Shown in pieces: positions 47,537 to 61,520 of a stretch of 64,000 bases of DNA. The position numbers were made by a program, and so were the translations under genes. The DNA lies in assembly GCF_009914755.1 (NCBI RefSeq), contig NC_060942.1; one strand, given 5' to 3'. The notes under the pieces were generated by a model. It did not search any database. It was given only the letters and a program-made list of their open reading frames with translations, and was not told where the DNA came from. The stretch comes from the human T2T-CHM13v2.0 reference genome, Homo sapiens. Numbering within the stretch: the first letter of the stretch is position 1; the number at the start of each line of letters is the position of its first letter.

Positions 47537-49808
47537 TAATATGGTTTGGCTGTGTCCCCACCCAAATCTCATCTTGAATTCCCATGTCTTGTGGGAGGGT
47601 CCCAATGGGAGGTAATTGAATCAGGGGCAGGTCTTTCCTGTGCTATTCTTGTGATAGTTAATAAGTCTCACAAGATTTGATGGTTTTAAAAATGGGAGTC
47701 TCCCTGCACAAGCTCTCTTCTCTTCTCTGCTGCCATGTGAGACGTGCCTTTCACCTTCTGCCATGATTGTAAGGTCTCCCCAGCCACATGGAACTGTAAG
47801 TCCAATAAACGTCTTTTGTAAATTGCTCAATCACAGGTATGTCTTTATCAGCAGCGTGAAAATGGACTAATATAGTAATTTGTTCTGGGAGTGGGGCATT
47901 GCTGTTAAGATACTCAAAAATGTGGAAGTGACTTTGGAGCTCAGTAAGAGGCAGAGGTTGGAATAGTTTGGTGGAGGACTCAGAAGAAAACAGGAAAATG
48001 TGGGAAAGTTTGGAACTTCCTAGAGACTTGTTGAATGGCTTTGGCCAAAATGCTGATAATGATACAGACAATGAAATACAGTCTGAGGTGGTCTCAGATG
48101 GAGATGAGGAACTTGTTGGGAACTGGAGCAAAGGTGACTTTGGTTATGTTTTAGCAAAGAGACTTGGGGGCATTTTGCCCCTGCCCTAGAGATTTGTGGA
48201 ACTGAACTTGAGAGAGATGATTTAGAGTATCTGACAGAAGAAATTTCTAAGCAATAAAGCATTCAAGATGTGACTTGGATGCTGTTAAAGGCATTCAGTT
48301 TTACAAGGGAAGCAGAGAATAAAAATTCAGAAAATTTGCCCCCTGACAATACAATAGAAAAGAAAATCCCATTTTCTGAGAAGAAATTGAAGCTGGCTGC
48401 AGAAATTTGCATAATCAATGAGGAGCTGACTGTTAATCCACAATATAATAGGGGAAATGTTTCCAGGGCATGTCAGAAGTCTTCACAGCAGCCCCTCACA
48501 TCATGGCCCTGGAGGCCTTGGAGGAAAAAGTGGTTCCATGGACCAGGCCCAGGGTCTGTGAGCTGCGTGCAGCCTATGGACTTGGTGCCCTGTGTCCCAG
48601 CTGCTCCAGCTGTGGCTGAAAGGAGCCAAAATAGAGCTCAGGTCTTGGCTTCAGAGGGTGTAACCCTCAAGTCTTGGCAGCTTCCTTGTGGTGTTGAGCC
48701 TTCCAGTGCACAGAAGTCAAGAACTGGGGTTTGGGAACCTCTGCCTGGATTTCAGAGGATATATGGAAATGCCTGGATGTCCAGGCAGAAGTTTGCTGCA
48801 GGGGTGGGGCTCTCATGTAGAACCTCTGCTAGGGCAGTGCAGAAGGGAGATATGGGGTCAGAGCCCCCACACAGAGTCCCTACTGGGTCACCATCTAGTG
48901 GAGCTGTGAGAAGAAGGCCACCATCCTCCAGACTCTGTAATGGTAGATCCACTGACAGCTTGCACTGTGCACCTGGAAGAGCTGCAGACACTCAATGCCA
49001 GCTCATGAAAGCAGCTAGAAGGGAGGATGTACCCTGCAGAGCCACAGGGACGGAGATGCCCAAGACCATGGGAACCCACCTCTTGCATCAGTGTGACCTG
49101 AATGTGAGACATGGAATCAGAGGAGATCATTTTGGAGCTTTAAGATTTGACTGCCCTACTGAATTTCAGACTTGCATGGCGCCTGTAGCCCCTTTGTTTT
49201 GGTTAATTTATCCCATTTGGAACGGCTGTATTTACCAAATGCCTGTAACCCCATTTTATATAGGAAGTAACTAACTTGCTTTTGATTTTACAGGCTGATA
49301 GGTGGAAAGGACTTGCCTTGTCTCAGATGAGATGTCGGGCTGTGGACTTTTGAGTTAATGCTGAAATGAGTTAAGACTTTGGGGGACCATTGGAAAGGCA
49401 TGATTAGTTTTTAAATGTGAGAACATTAGAATTGAGAGGGGCCAGGGGCAGAATTATATGGTTTGGCTGTGTCCCCACCCAAATCTCATCTTGAATTCCC
49501 ATGTGTTGTGGCAGGGACCTGGTGAGAGGTAATTGAATTTCGGAGCCAGGTTTTTCCCATGCTGTTCTCATGATAGTGAATAAGTCTGACAAGATCTGAT
49601 GATTTTAAAAATGAGAGTCTCCTTGCACAAGCCCTCTTCTCTTTTCTGCTGCCATGTGAGATGTGCCTTTTCCCTTCTGCCATGATTGTGAGGCCTTCCC
49701 AGCCATGTGGAAATGTAAGTCCAGTAAACCTCTTATTTATTTATTTTTTTTGTAAATTGTGCAGTCTTGGGTATGTCTTTATCAGGATCATGAAAACAGA
49801 CTAATACA
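47537..49808 (+). mobile_element. Complete THE1 (B-like) MaLR provirus: LTR 47537-47874, internal 47875-49453, LTR 49454-49808
   Basis: Two homologous LTRs (atatggtttggctgtgtccccacccaaatctc...gactaata(c/t)a); purine tract before the 3' LTR; perfect 5-bp TSD GGGTT at 47532-47536 and 49809-49813; inserted into an L1M 3' end (~47230-47531, ~49814-50010). Confidence 0.97.
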
Positions 49809-50122
49809 GGGTTAGAATTCAGGAGGACAATTACTTTTGATGGAAGTCGATTAGTGGACCAGAAGGTACTATAGGGCACATTCTCATAATGTGTTATTTC
49901 TTGTTCTGGATTACAGATGCCAGGCATTTCACTTTGGAAAAACATTGAGCACTGTATTTAGCATATTCTCAATTTTCCCTGTGTATATTATAATTCAATG
50001 AGAAAAAAGACAATAGAATATGTATATTTTTAAATAACTTGGTCACATCACATTCATTGTTATCTACAAGCTGTTTGTTGGTGAAACTGTATTCAACAAA
50101 AGAAAATTATTTTAACATATAA

Positions 50123-50440
<318 letters not shown>

Positions 50441-51176
50441 TAAATTCTTAAACTTTTTGATAAAATAGCCCTTTGCATCTGAGATGATTGATAAGGCCAT
50501 AGGTAACTATGTTTAAAAATTTTGTATCTGTATCTTGGCAGAGTTATGATTTTATTCAGGAGAGTAGATAAATTTATAATGGCCCCATTTGCAATTATTT
50601 ACACTTACTGGGGTATCAAGCCTTGTATAAACTAAAGCCATAGCATTGTTCAGATTTCTAGTCACATATATAAAGATCGTTGCTATTTCATTGAGGAATC
50701 ATTATTCCTATAAGATTGTTATTTTCTTTCTTCCTTGACATTTCTTATTATGTGCTATAAAATGTTAACAGATAAAACATAAGTTATCTGAAGTTGTATT
50801 TTGGCTCTTAAAACTCACAGAGAAAATGTATTTAATTTCATGGGAAGGCAGAATCTTCTTATTTGTCTAATATTATACTTTTTGGTTGAAAATATTATAT
50901 GGCATATGCTACTCCTTATCCCCAAGCATTCTTCACAGTAAAATTAGCTGAGGCTCATGAAAAACATGCCAGCTGACAGCACAGGCAGGAGATGAACCCC
51001 AATCTTTTGATTCCCCAGCCTAGTTACCCTTACCATAAAATGGTGGCAAAGGTTGACTATTTGTATAATGGCCAAAAATTATTTTAAATGCTGTTTCTTA
51101 CTATAATGAAATTAATTACAAAAAAGTCAGAACAGAGACTGGAAGATAGGAGATTTATTGGCTTAAGTGCTTTCTG

Positions 51177-51238
51177 GAATAACACCAGTGAGGGTGAAGG
51201 ATACAGAATAACACCAGTGAGGGTGAAGGATACAGAAT
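51177..51238. repeat. Perfect 29-bp tandem duplication inside an old LTR-like fragment (~51120-51450)
   Basis: GAATAACACCAGTGAGGGTGAAGGATACA x2 followed by GAAT. Confidence 0.95.
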
Positions 51239-53288
51239 TGGGGCAAGGGTGGGATTGAACTGGTGATGCTGTTTAATGGAGACCTCAGCTGACCTGAGGC
51301 TGTCCTTTAGGGTTGTCCTAAATGAAGCAAGTGGGGCTGGCCTTCTCTATCCTGACTCAAGTAATCTTTCATGCAGGCTATTTCCAAGAAGTGGGGTGTG
51401 GCCTTGGGTGAGCGACTTAATTTGGATGAGAGCATTCCTTGAAGAAAGATTTAGATCTACATTACATTTCTAGATGGTATTGCACAATCGGATGTAACTA
51501 TTTGGCCATTTTCAACCCATTTTCTTCTTTTGTAAGATGCCGAAAAGGAAGAGGGGAATAGGAACTAGGAAGGATATAGATTGAAGCAGATTAGCTGTAA
51601 GATCATTTAAAGTATGAGAGGTTTTTGGGCAGTATCTTGAATTTTATATATTTGTCACTTACCTTTCTCTGTAAATATTTGAGGGAAAAAAAGGAAATCA
51701 TTCTTTAAAGGAAAAAGAAGTCTCAAAAAGGTAGCCTGAAACATCTAGCAAAAACACTGAAGCAAAGGAAGTTATACACTTTGCCATGGTAATGGCTACT
51801 GGTTTCTGGGCTTTCTAGAACATTCACTATGAGAGCCAATGCTCTCCTTCCCTTTCCCACCATCTGCATTAGTCACTTGGCTGTAGAACACAAACAGTGA
51901 CTTGGAGAAGCTGTTGAGAAGTGAAATAAAGCTACATGAGAAAGGGCAGATTTTTAAAACTGGAGTTCTATTGACTCTAGGTGCTGTCCTACCAGGAGGC
52001 CTGCTTCTACACAAATGGACATTGAGAGGGACTCGTCTGTGAGACGATCATCCCTTTGACTCATGCATATAAGGTGCGAGAAACCAGCATCCTAAGATTG
52101 GTCCCAGCTCAATAGTCTTCTGAGACTGGGCATTTATTCCATCACCCTTCAGCCCTTGTGGATGCCCACAACCAACCAAGAATTCTTTCCTAGGAGTAAG
52201 GAGTGCATAGAGCCGTTCTAGTATGATAAATATCAACAGCACACCCATTTTCAACTATTCAGAACTGTAGGAACGGTGGTGAGAAAAAAGTTCAAAGCAC
52301 ACTTAAATTTGCATTAGAAATGATCTCATTACCTAATACATGATTTTAAATACTAATCTGATCAATTCATTATCAATATCAGTTTTTATTCTTTGAGTCT
52401 TCGATGACATACTTCATTCCACCTCTTACTCTGAATTACTGAAAGGAACAGTATTTTTTATTCAAACTCTATAGGCACACAATTCATTATGCATTATGCA
52501 ATGTTTTGTGCGATGCCATGGCTCTGTATAAAAATGGAATTAAAAAGTTGTTAATGAATGGGAACTGGAGACCTAGATGTCGTTTCTTGGTAGCTCTATA
52601 AGCAAATAAATTTTCAAACAAAATTAATCTATTGTTAATTCTATTGGACTAAGAAAATCAGCAAGTCAGTAGAGTTATGCAGACACAGTCAGAGCTTAAA
52701 AAGGTTCCTGTAGAGAGTACAGAATTGTATCTTTTGGGAGGATTTTACAAGATAAGAAGTAGTTTGTTTTTCAAAGATATAGAAGTAATGAAGAAGGGAT
52801 CTGACAAAGGGTTGGTGAAAGTAAATATTTTAGATGATGGAGTATAAAAAGTATACCAACTTAGCTTCTAGAAAGAGTTTCTATTGCAATGTAAAAATAC
52901 AGATATCCTTCAAGACTTAGATTACCTAATTATTTCTTAATTCCTAATATCTTAGAGATTTCTTCAACAAAATGGACCATTTCTTAAACCTCACAACATT
53001 TCCTATCTCACACAAGGTTTTGGAGATCTGGGGGTAACTTATGAATGACTAAGGCAAATGGATTCACAATTTGTTGTGGAAATCTTTCTGGTCTGCTTAG
53101 AAAAGAATACTGTGATACCTTAAGCTCATTTCAAAGGAATTCCATGGAACCAGATCAGAGTCTATATCTTTCCTATGGCCTCATCTTCTGTCTAATATCA
53201 TGGAGCCAAAATGTACACCTGGATGTTCACAACTATTTCATATATCTGGGCTTCATAGACACATCTCATTTGAGAAGATCTCAGCTGA

Positions 53289-53329
53289 AAAGGTCCAGAT
53301 AGAGGAGTAAAGGTCCAGATAGAAGGAGT
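53289..53329. repeat. 20/21-bp tandem duplication
   Basis: AAAGGTCCAGATAGAGGAGT / AAAGGTCCAGATAGAAGGAGT. Confidence 0.9.
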
Positions 53330-53917
53330 ATAGTAGGAGATTGCAGGGGTCTTAAAGTTTCCTTCTCACAGTTCACCCTATTTGATCTTAACACATAGCT
53401 CCTGCTGTGGCAAGCACTAAGCCAGCCAGTCCACATTCTGTCTCATCTTGGAAAGCGTGTATAAACCACATTAAAATTGGGCCAGATAGACTTCAATAAA
53501 TGCCTTCCTTCAGCTTATAAATGACAAAACAAGAACTTGAACTAGAAATTATCTTTCTCATGTCAAAAATCTTTCAGGGTCATACTTCCCTCAGGTTCAA
53601 ATTTGAATTTAAAAACTATTATTTATTTTCCTCTATCTTAATGCATAGCACTCTTTTTTTCAAATGTAAGACAGGATGTTTTAAACAATATTTTCAATTA
53701 AAAAAGATATTCAATGCAGTTTTGGATGGATCTGTTGCAGCCTTGCAAATTAATTACAATGCCCAACATTTATGGGGTGCTGACTTCTGACCCTGTACTC
53801 TGTTGCACTTCTCTGTGGATGATCTCTTAAATCCTCACAACCACATCATAAAATCGGTACTCCATTGTGCAGATGAGGAAACTGAAAAACAGAGCGTGAA
53901 TAATTTGCTCTTCAACG

Positions 53918-54408
53918 TGTAGCTATTATCATGTAACAAATTACTCCCAAAATGTAGCAACATAAAATAATTATTGTTTATTTTCTCAATAGTATCTGAG
54001 AATCAGGTATCTAAGAGCAGTTTAGCTAGGTGGTTCAGGGTCAGAGCTTCAAGTTGTTTCATGAGGTTTCTTTCAGTGTCTTGAGCTGAGGGTCTAGTTT
54101 CTCGCTACATGGGCGTATGCACAGGTCTGCCAGCCTGTCCTTAAGACATAACACCTGGATTCCCCAAGACATGACACCTGGCTTTCCCCAGCATGAGTGA
54201 TCTAAAATAGAGAAGAGAGGAGAGAGAGAGAAAAACAGAGTGAGCATGTACAATCTTTTTAAACCTTATCTTAGAAGAGACATACCATCATTTCTGCCAC
54301 ATTCTACTGCTCACCAGACCAATCCTGGTAAAATGTGCAAGGGAACCCAACAGGCATGTGAACTCCATGAAGTGGGATCAGTGGGAGGCATCTTTGACGC
54401 TGGCTATG
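53918..54408 (-). mobile_element. MLT1-family LTR inserted into a MIR
   Basis: gctattatcatgtaacaaattactcccaaaatgtagc...gagcagtttagctaggtggttc; MIR core (cagatgaggaaactga) at left resumes at ~54410. Confidence 0.75.
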
Positions 54409-57086
54409 ATGCTTATTCACTAGCAAGGAGTAGAACTAGGTAACGAATCCAGGCAGTTTTACTTCAGCACTTAGGACTCTTTACCATTATATTAAGAATA
54501 ACTGCAAAGCACATATTTATGAATCTTAGGGCTTTTCCAAAAGCGACCCTCTATGGAGTTTGTGGATACTTGTGAATGTCATTCTGTGGCACTTGCTTAT
54601 CAAAGAACACCTGAAAATGTGAAGGAGATATGAATATCAAGGACAATAGAGGCTAAATTTCCAAATGTCCCAGATAATATACAGGTCATTGTGGAAAAGA
54701 GAAGATAAAAAGAGGCAGAATGAAAAATCATTTCAGTTAAGCTCTTTCATTTCGACATACCATTATCTTTGTCTCCTTCGTCTCCTCAACAAATCTCTCA
54801 ATTCTGTCAAGTACCATGTTGAGAAATATCTAGGGAGGGTTTTATTATTTCTTAAACATTGTAGCTTAAAAAAATCTTTACTTTTGATTTCCTATAGGTA
54901 GTATTTAGTGCTAACATTTTAGAATATTATGGAAGTTTTCAAATACCAATGTGCCTTGTTCAGGGAGCTAAGTAATTTGGTGAGGGAATTTCTACTTGAA
55001 AAATTTTGTGCATCAATGTCAGAGATAAATTCAATTGTCAGAAAGCTGTGTCAGAACAGATTTCTTGTCATATTTTGCCGCAGAGCAGAGATTTATTGAA
55101 AATGCTTGATGATATCGCTCTCTGAGCTGTTTTACATAAACATAGCAGTGGAGTGAATGCTTTGAGTTGAAGCATTTGTGTGTTTGTGTGTATGTGTGTG
55201 TTTGTGTGTGTGTGTATTTCCGACTTTCAAAACTGACGTCAAGGGGAAAAATACCAAAAGATATCCTAATACCTAATGTTTTATCCAACTTACTTTAAGA
55301 ATGATTATTTTTTGTTATAAGTAAATGTAGACTTCTGTGCCTTTTCAGAAATGAATCATAGAATAAAATACTTCAAGATCGAAGCTTTGGGATACTGGCT
55401 ATTCTATCTGATGTCACAAAATAATGAACACTTTTGAGATGCAGAAACATACAACAGATTTATTATTTTTGAAAGAAGGTTTATTATTTGTAAACCCTTT
55501 GTAATCAGGTCAGCAGCAAAAATACAAAACTATTAGAAAGTAAAATTTCTTTCTTCAGTAATGAAAGACTTGGAACTGCAGTGTAAGTTCAGTCTCTAGA
55601 GTGCTCTCAGCACTCTAACTAAAAGATTATATGGCTTGCAAAATTGTTTTATGTTTCTCTCTCCAAATTTGTTTGGCTCCAAATCAGAAGATACGTATGA
55701 AACTCTTTTTCTAAACGTACTGTGAAACATTTGTTAATAATATTATTGCTTGTATTATAATATACTCATTTTGATAATAAAATATAGTATGCACAGTTTG
55801 TGGAATGAGTATTTTCTATATTTAAAGGAGACTAACATTGTCACATTTATGAGTAAAAAGTATCAATACTGGGAATGTTTTGCAATCTAGCAATCCACTT
55901 TAATGACTGCAGTGATCCATTTGATCAGTAAGACAGGTGAAATAATTCAGTTGACTGCCTCAGAGTCTGGGAATTTGAGTTGTTTAAAAATAGACTTTAT
56001 GCTCTGGTATGGCTTATATTTACAAATGTGTTCAACTACATTATTATTATCATTATTATTATATTAACTATATACCCCAGGAGAGTAAATCATATATCAA
56101 GTCACTCTAAAAGTCTCCAGTGTGTTAAAATGACAGATTTCTAAATAATACTCCTAGAAAATCCTTCATATTAAACTCACTTGAAAAATATGAAGTATCT
56201 CTAGCACTGTCCTAGAAAAGACACAAAGACAACAAAATTATAACTTATTTCTTTAAGGAATTTATAACATTTTGGCTGGTATCTGGTTTGAATCTCTGAT
56301 TCTTTTTAAAAGTTTCCTTGTCATTTTTTAAATTTCCCTTTTTCTGGAGTCTGTTTACGTGTTTATATATCCATAATGTGCTTTTCATAAAATATCTTTA
56401 TTGAGGCATTGTGCTTTGTACTAATTACTCTCAAATGTTCATTCATGTCTTCTCTAAAATAATTTAGAAAAACTATGTATCCCCTCATATATTTAAAATT
56501 TGACACTTAAAATATTTTGTTACACATTAAATACCTGTGAAAGATGGAATTTTTCTGATGTAACATGCTTTTAAACCAATCTAAAAGCACAAAAATACCA
56601 TAGTAGTTTGATATCAACATCATCCCCTTAAAAAATATGTGAGGAAGTGCCTTGTTAACAGATAGAAGTTAACACCACTCATTTTTCTCCTTGAACTGGA
56701 ATCTACAATTTATTTTCCCCACAGATTAACATACAAACATGATCTATTTTTATGTTTGTGGGTCTTTTTTTGATTATATATCTATCTTATTTTTTTGCAG
56801 CATAAAATTTATATAAACCAAAATTTTATTTTATGTTTGTATTTCCAGTGACTATGAGTCTTTGTTAATTTTCTTTCCTATGGATCTTGTTAACATTACA
56901 ATTAGTGTTTCTCCACAATGGCATATAGCGTAAAATTTTATTGGAGTGTTATCACTTAATGACATGAATGGGGCTTTTTGTACATTAATTGCATACATCC
57001 ATGTATGAATGTTGCTTATTGCATTAATTCTATTCCAGTGTGCTTGTTGTTGATCTAAACACTGTGAAACCTTTGCCTATGTTTGC

Positions 57087-57142
<56 letters not shown>
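57087..57142. repeat. (ATAG)14 tetranucleotide STR followed by short (GT)n(AT)n
   Basis: Direct count of 14 uninterrupted units. Confidence 0.95.
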
Positions 57143-57145
<3 letters not shown>

Positions 57146-57514
57146 TAGTGTGTGTGTATATATATATGAATGAGTACTATAACAATGAGATCTTTATAGC
57201 AATCACTGAACAATTTGAACTTCTCCCAAATTACATGCCAAAATCACATTGTGACTTCTTATTCTGTTATTTTTGATAATTTTTCAACTAACAACTACCT
57301 GAGATTTTCCTTCAATTATGCTCTAAATGAAAATGTTAGAAACCACCTGACTTGCAGAAGTATTTGTTACTCATTCAAGTTATTTACTTTCTTGTTTTCT
57401 AGGAGGTTCACAATAAAAAGCTGTACCAAAATTTATCAGCAATTTTAAAATAAACTTGAAAATTGCTTTCACCGAGAGGCACTTTTTGTAACAATATATA
57501 AAGACAAGATTAGG

Positions 57515-58520
57515 TTGCCTTTTCTTTTGGTGATTATTTCCTTTGCTGTGCAGAAGCTTTTTAGTCTGGTGCAGTTTCATTTATTTATTTTTGATTTTGA
57601 AGCCAAGCTTTTGGTGTGAAACCTAAAAAGATCATAAACAAGACCAAAATCAAGGAGCTTTTCACCTATGCTCTCTCCTAGGAATTAACTTCTGGGTCTT
57701 ACATGTAGGTATTTTATCCATTTTGTGTTAATTTTTCTGTATGGTGTGAGATAAGGGTCCAATTTCATTATTTTCAATGTGAAAATCATTCCCCCAGCAC
57801 CATTTATGGAAGAGACTATACCTTTTTAACATAATTTCTAATCAGGAAGTGCAGTGCCTCCAACTTTGTTTTTCTTTCTCAGTATTGCTTTGGTTATTCA
57901 ATATTTGTTATGGTTTCATAGAAATTTTAAGATTTTTTTCTATCTCTGTGAAGAATGCCATTAGAATTTTGATGGGGATTGTGTTAAATCTGCATATTGC
58001 TTTGGGTAGTATGAACCTTTCAACAATCCCATTTATATGTGAAATATATGTGTGAAATAATACATATATAAGCTCAAATACACAGAGATAGAGAATGAAA
58101 CAGTGGTTCCCACAGGTGGGAGGGGGAGAGGAAATGGGGAGATGTAGGCCAAAGAATGCAAAATAGCAGACATGTGAGATGAACAAGTCTAGAGACCTAA
58201 CCTACAGCATGAGAACTAAAGTTAATACAATTGTATTGTATTAGGGATTTTTGTTAAATAAGTACATTTTAGCTACTATGTTACTTTGTCACAAAAAGTA
58301 ACTGTGAGCCGATAGATATGTTAATCTACTTCACTATGGTAACCAACCTACTATCTACATGTATCTATATGTGTCTCAAAATATGTCATAAACCTCTAAT
58401 ATACACAATAACATGTATTTTTAAAAAAATTCTATTAATGTCATCACTCCTCTACACTCCAAAGCAAGAATTTGTGATAGAACAAAAACCCAATAAAACC
58501 CAACAATTTTTTACTGAAAA
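57515..58520 (+). mobile_element. L1MA-type insertion with inverted 5' part (57515-58027 antisense ORF2; 58028-58429 sense 3' end) and ~90-bp extra 3' sequence
   Basis: Minus-strand ORF2-like peptides (ILPKAICRFNTIPIKI...FFTEIEK); sense 3' UTR (gatgaacaagtctagagacctaa...atacacaata); 17-bp direct repeat ATAAAGACAAGATTAGG at 57498-57514 and 58521-58537. Confidence 0.85.
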
Positions 58521-59912
58521 ATAAAGACAAGATTAGGAAAATTGAAATATCACTTAGATCTTCACTAAAGCAATTTTTGTTGAAATGATTTATCTTTAAA
58601 TGATTTATATTTTTATTCAATTTATAGGAAATACTAATCATTTAATCTGATTAGCAGAGTCACTCTTCATTTTCAAACCAGTCCATCAAAATGCTTTATC
58701 TGAAACAGTCTGACTTCATTTTTCAGTTTAAGTAAACATGTTCAAATGCATTTTAAGAAACGTTATAAATATACTGAAAAATAAATTCTGGTATATAATT
58801 TCAATAGCTAGTTTACTAGAAGCAGCCCTTTTAAAATCTTTTATCTTTTATATATTTAATCTGAATTTTCAGTTAGAATTTAAAAGAAATCTATATGTTG
58901 CTTCTCATTGAGTTACAATATGCAGTGTAATTTGTATCTACAATTATAATGTTATAAAATGAGGAATATGACAAAAGAAAAGATTTTCATTTGGTAAATG
59001 TGCATGCATGTATGTGTATGTTGAACTCCAGTTATTGGCATTACCATCTAAATAAATAAAAATAAATTATTAATTTCATAGACAGGAATATACTGCTAAA
59101 ACTGATCATTCAGGTAGCTGACTTAAATTTTGCTTTGGCATAATAAAAGATAGGGAATGCTAAACATTTTATAAGAAAATATAAGATAAAGATTGACTAC
59201 AATTGGAATATTTAATATATATTATAATTGAATAGCTATTGAATAATGAAATTGAACAATACTATCTAAACCTAGAAGATATTTTGTATGTTTTTTATCT
59301 GTGGGTTTCAGCCACTGTAACTAAAAAAAGTTGATATTCCTGAAAAACATTCAGTTACACTTAATATGTCACTCACCTGCACTGATTTGGGTATTTGAAG
59401 ATATTTTCTATTTAAAGATAAATCCTAAGTATGACTATTGAGAAAACACTTTGCTTCTCTCTCTCTCGACTGTCCCTCAAGAGCAATACATTCTTTTACA
59501 GAATTAATGGAAAATTCCCAACATTTTTTCAACCCACTCTACACAATATATTTGATTTGTGAACAACCTAACCTTTCTAATGCCATAGTTCATCCTTAAA
59601 AGAAAGACTAAGACCAAGACAAACAAACAACATGACCGACATAAAATGTTAAGGTGGATTTATGGTAACTTGATTAACTGTTTCTTTGTTTGGAGCCCTG
59701 GAATGTTTTAAACTGCAGGGTAATATTTCGTAGTATGATGCTTGAGGGATGAGCTGTCTTTTCTAAAGTAAAAAGTGGGATTGGTGGAGAGAGGTAAGTA
59801 AGGGAACCTAGTTGATACTATGAAGAGTGTGTATAGATTTGAGGATCTGAAAATTCCACCGTTTTCTTTTTTGCTTGTTGAGTGAATACATAAGGTTCAA
59901 AAAACCCATTAA

Positions 59913-60125
<213 letters not shown>

Positions 60126-61173
60126 TGAATAATAGCAAAGGTGTCTTGTAAAATATGTTGCATTCTGACCTTATCCCTTAGAAAAGTTGATTTCCCTATG
60201 ACTGTGGTACTAGAATGTTCCTTTCCAACACAGTGCTTTGGATCCTAGCTCATGTGCATTTGTACTGATTCCCTAGGCACCTTTCCACAGCACACTCCAC
60301 TGACAATACAAGGGGAAGTGGTGGGGAAACAAATGTCAAGTGGTTCCATCAAACAATGATGTGATGGGTACTTGAAATTAATATGTCCTATTAAATAGGA
60401 AATTAATAATCAAGTGATATCTTCCAACATATTTGGTATCTGTTGGTTATGTCTCACTGATTGCTGATGAACCAATAACTTGGGTGAATGCTTTAGATTT
60501 CTTTAATCAGGTAAGTGATACTTTTTCAGCTTTAAAAATTAATTATCAGAAAAAAAGGATTTCCAGGGTATTATTTCATTTCTTTGAAGGAAGGTAGGAA
60601 TGAAAAGAGACTCTCAAGCTATTATATACACCCTGGTGATTTCTGCTGTGCCATTTGACTCTTTTTTTTTTTTTTTTTTTGAGCACAGTGTTTTAAAATC
60701 TATTTTATGGTTTTCATCTCTTAGAACAGGTGACTCAGCAGCTCATGTGAGATAGGATGTTTTGTAATAGATATGATAGTAACAACAATAAAATATATTT
60801 TTGAGGTAAGGTATATTTTTCTAACCAAACAGGGACAGCTCTAAGAAATCATAAATCGTCTAGATACAGCAAGGTTAGAATTAAAAGGCATCAAAGATCT
60901 GCCAAGGGAGAATTAGATTTATTTTCTCTTTTCTCACTGCACATAATATCTACAGAATAGAGTTGTGTGCAAAAACTCGAGGAAAAATAGTTGCCCAAAC
61001 TGCATTGAAGGGAATTAAATAGGAAAGATGTAGAAAGTCTAATAACCAAAATTTTCAAATCCCAAGACAACTGGAAATGGAATTCCAATCAAAGAATTGA
61101 GAGCCCACAAGTGCCTTCTTCACTTCTAAAATGAAGCTCTCTGCAACAAAAAAAAAGACAAGTTTTAATGTTA

Positions 61174-61520
<347 letters not shown>

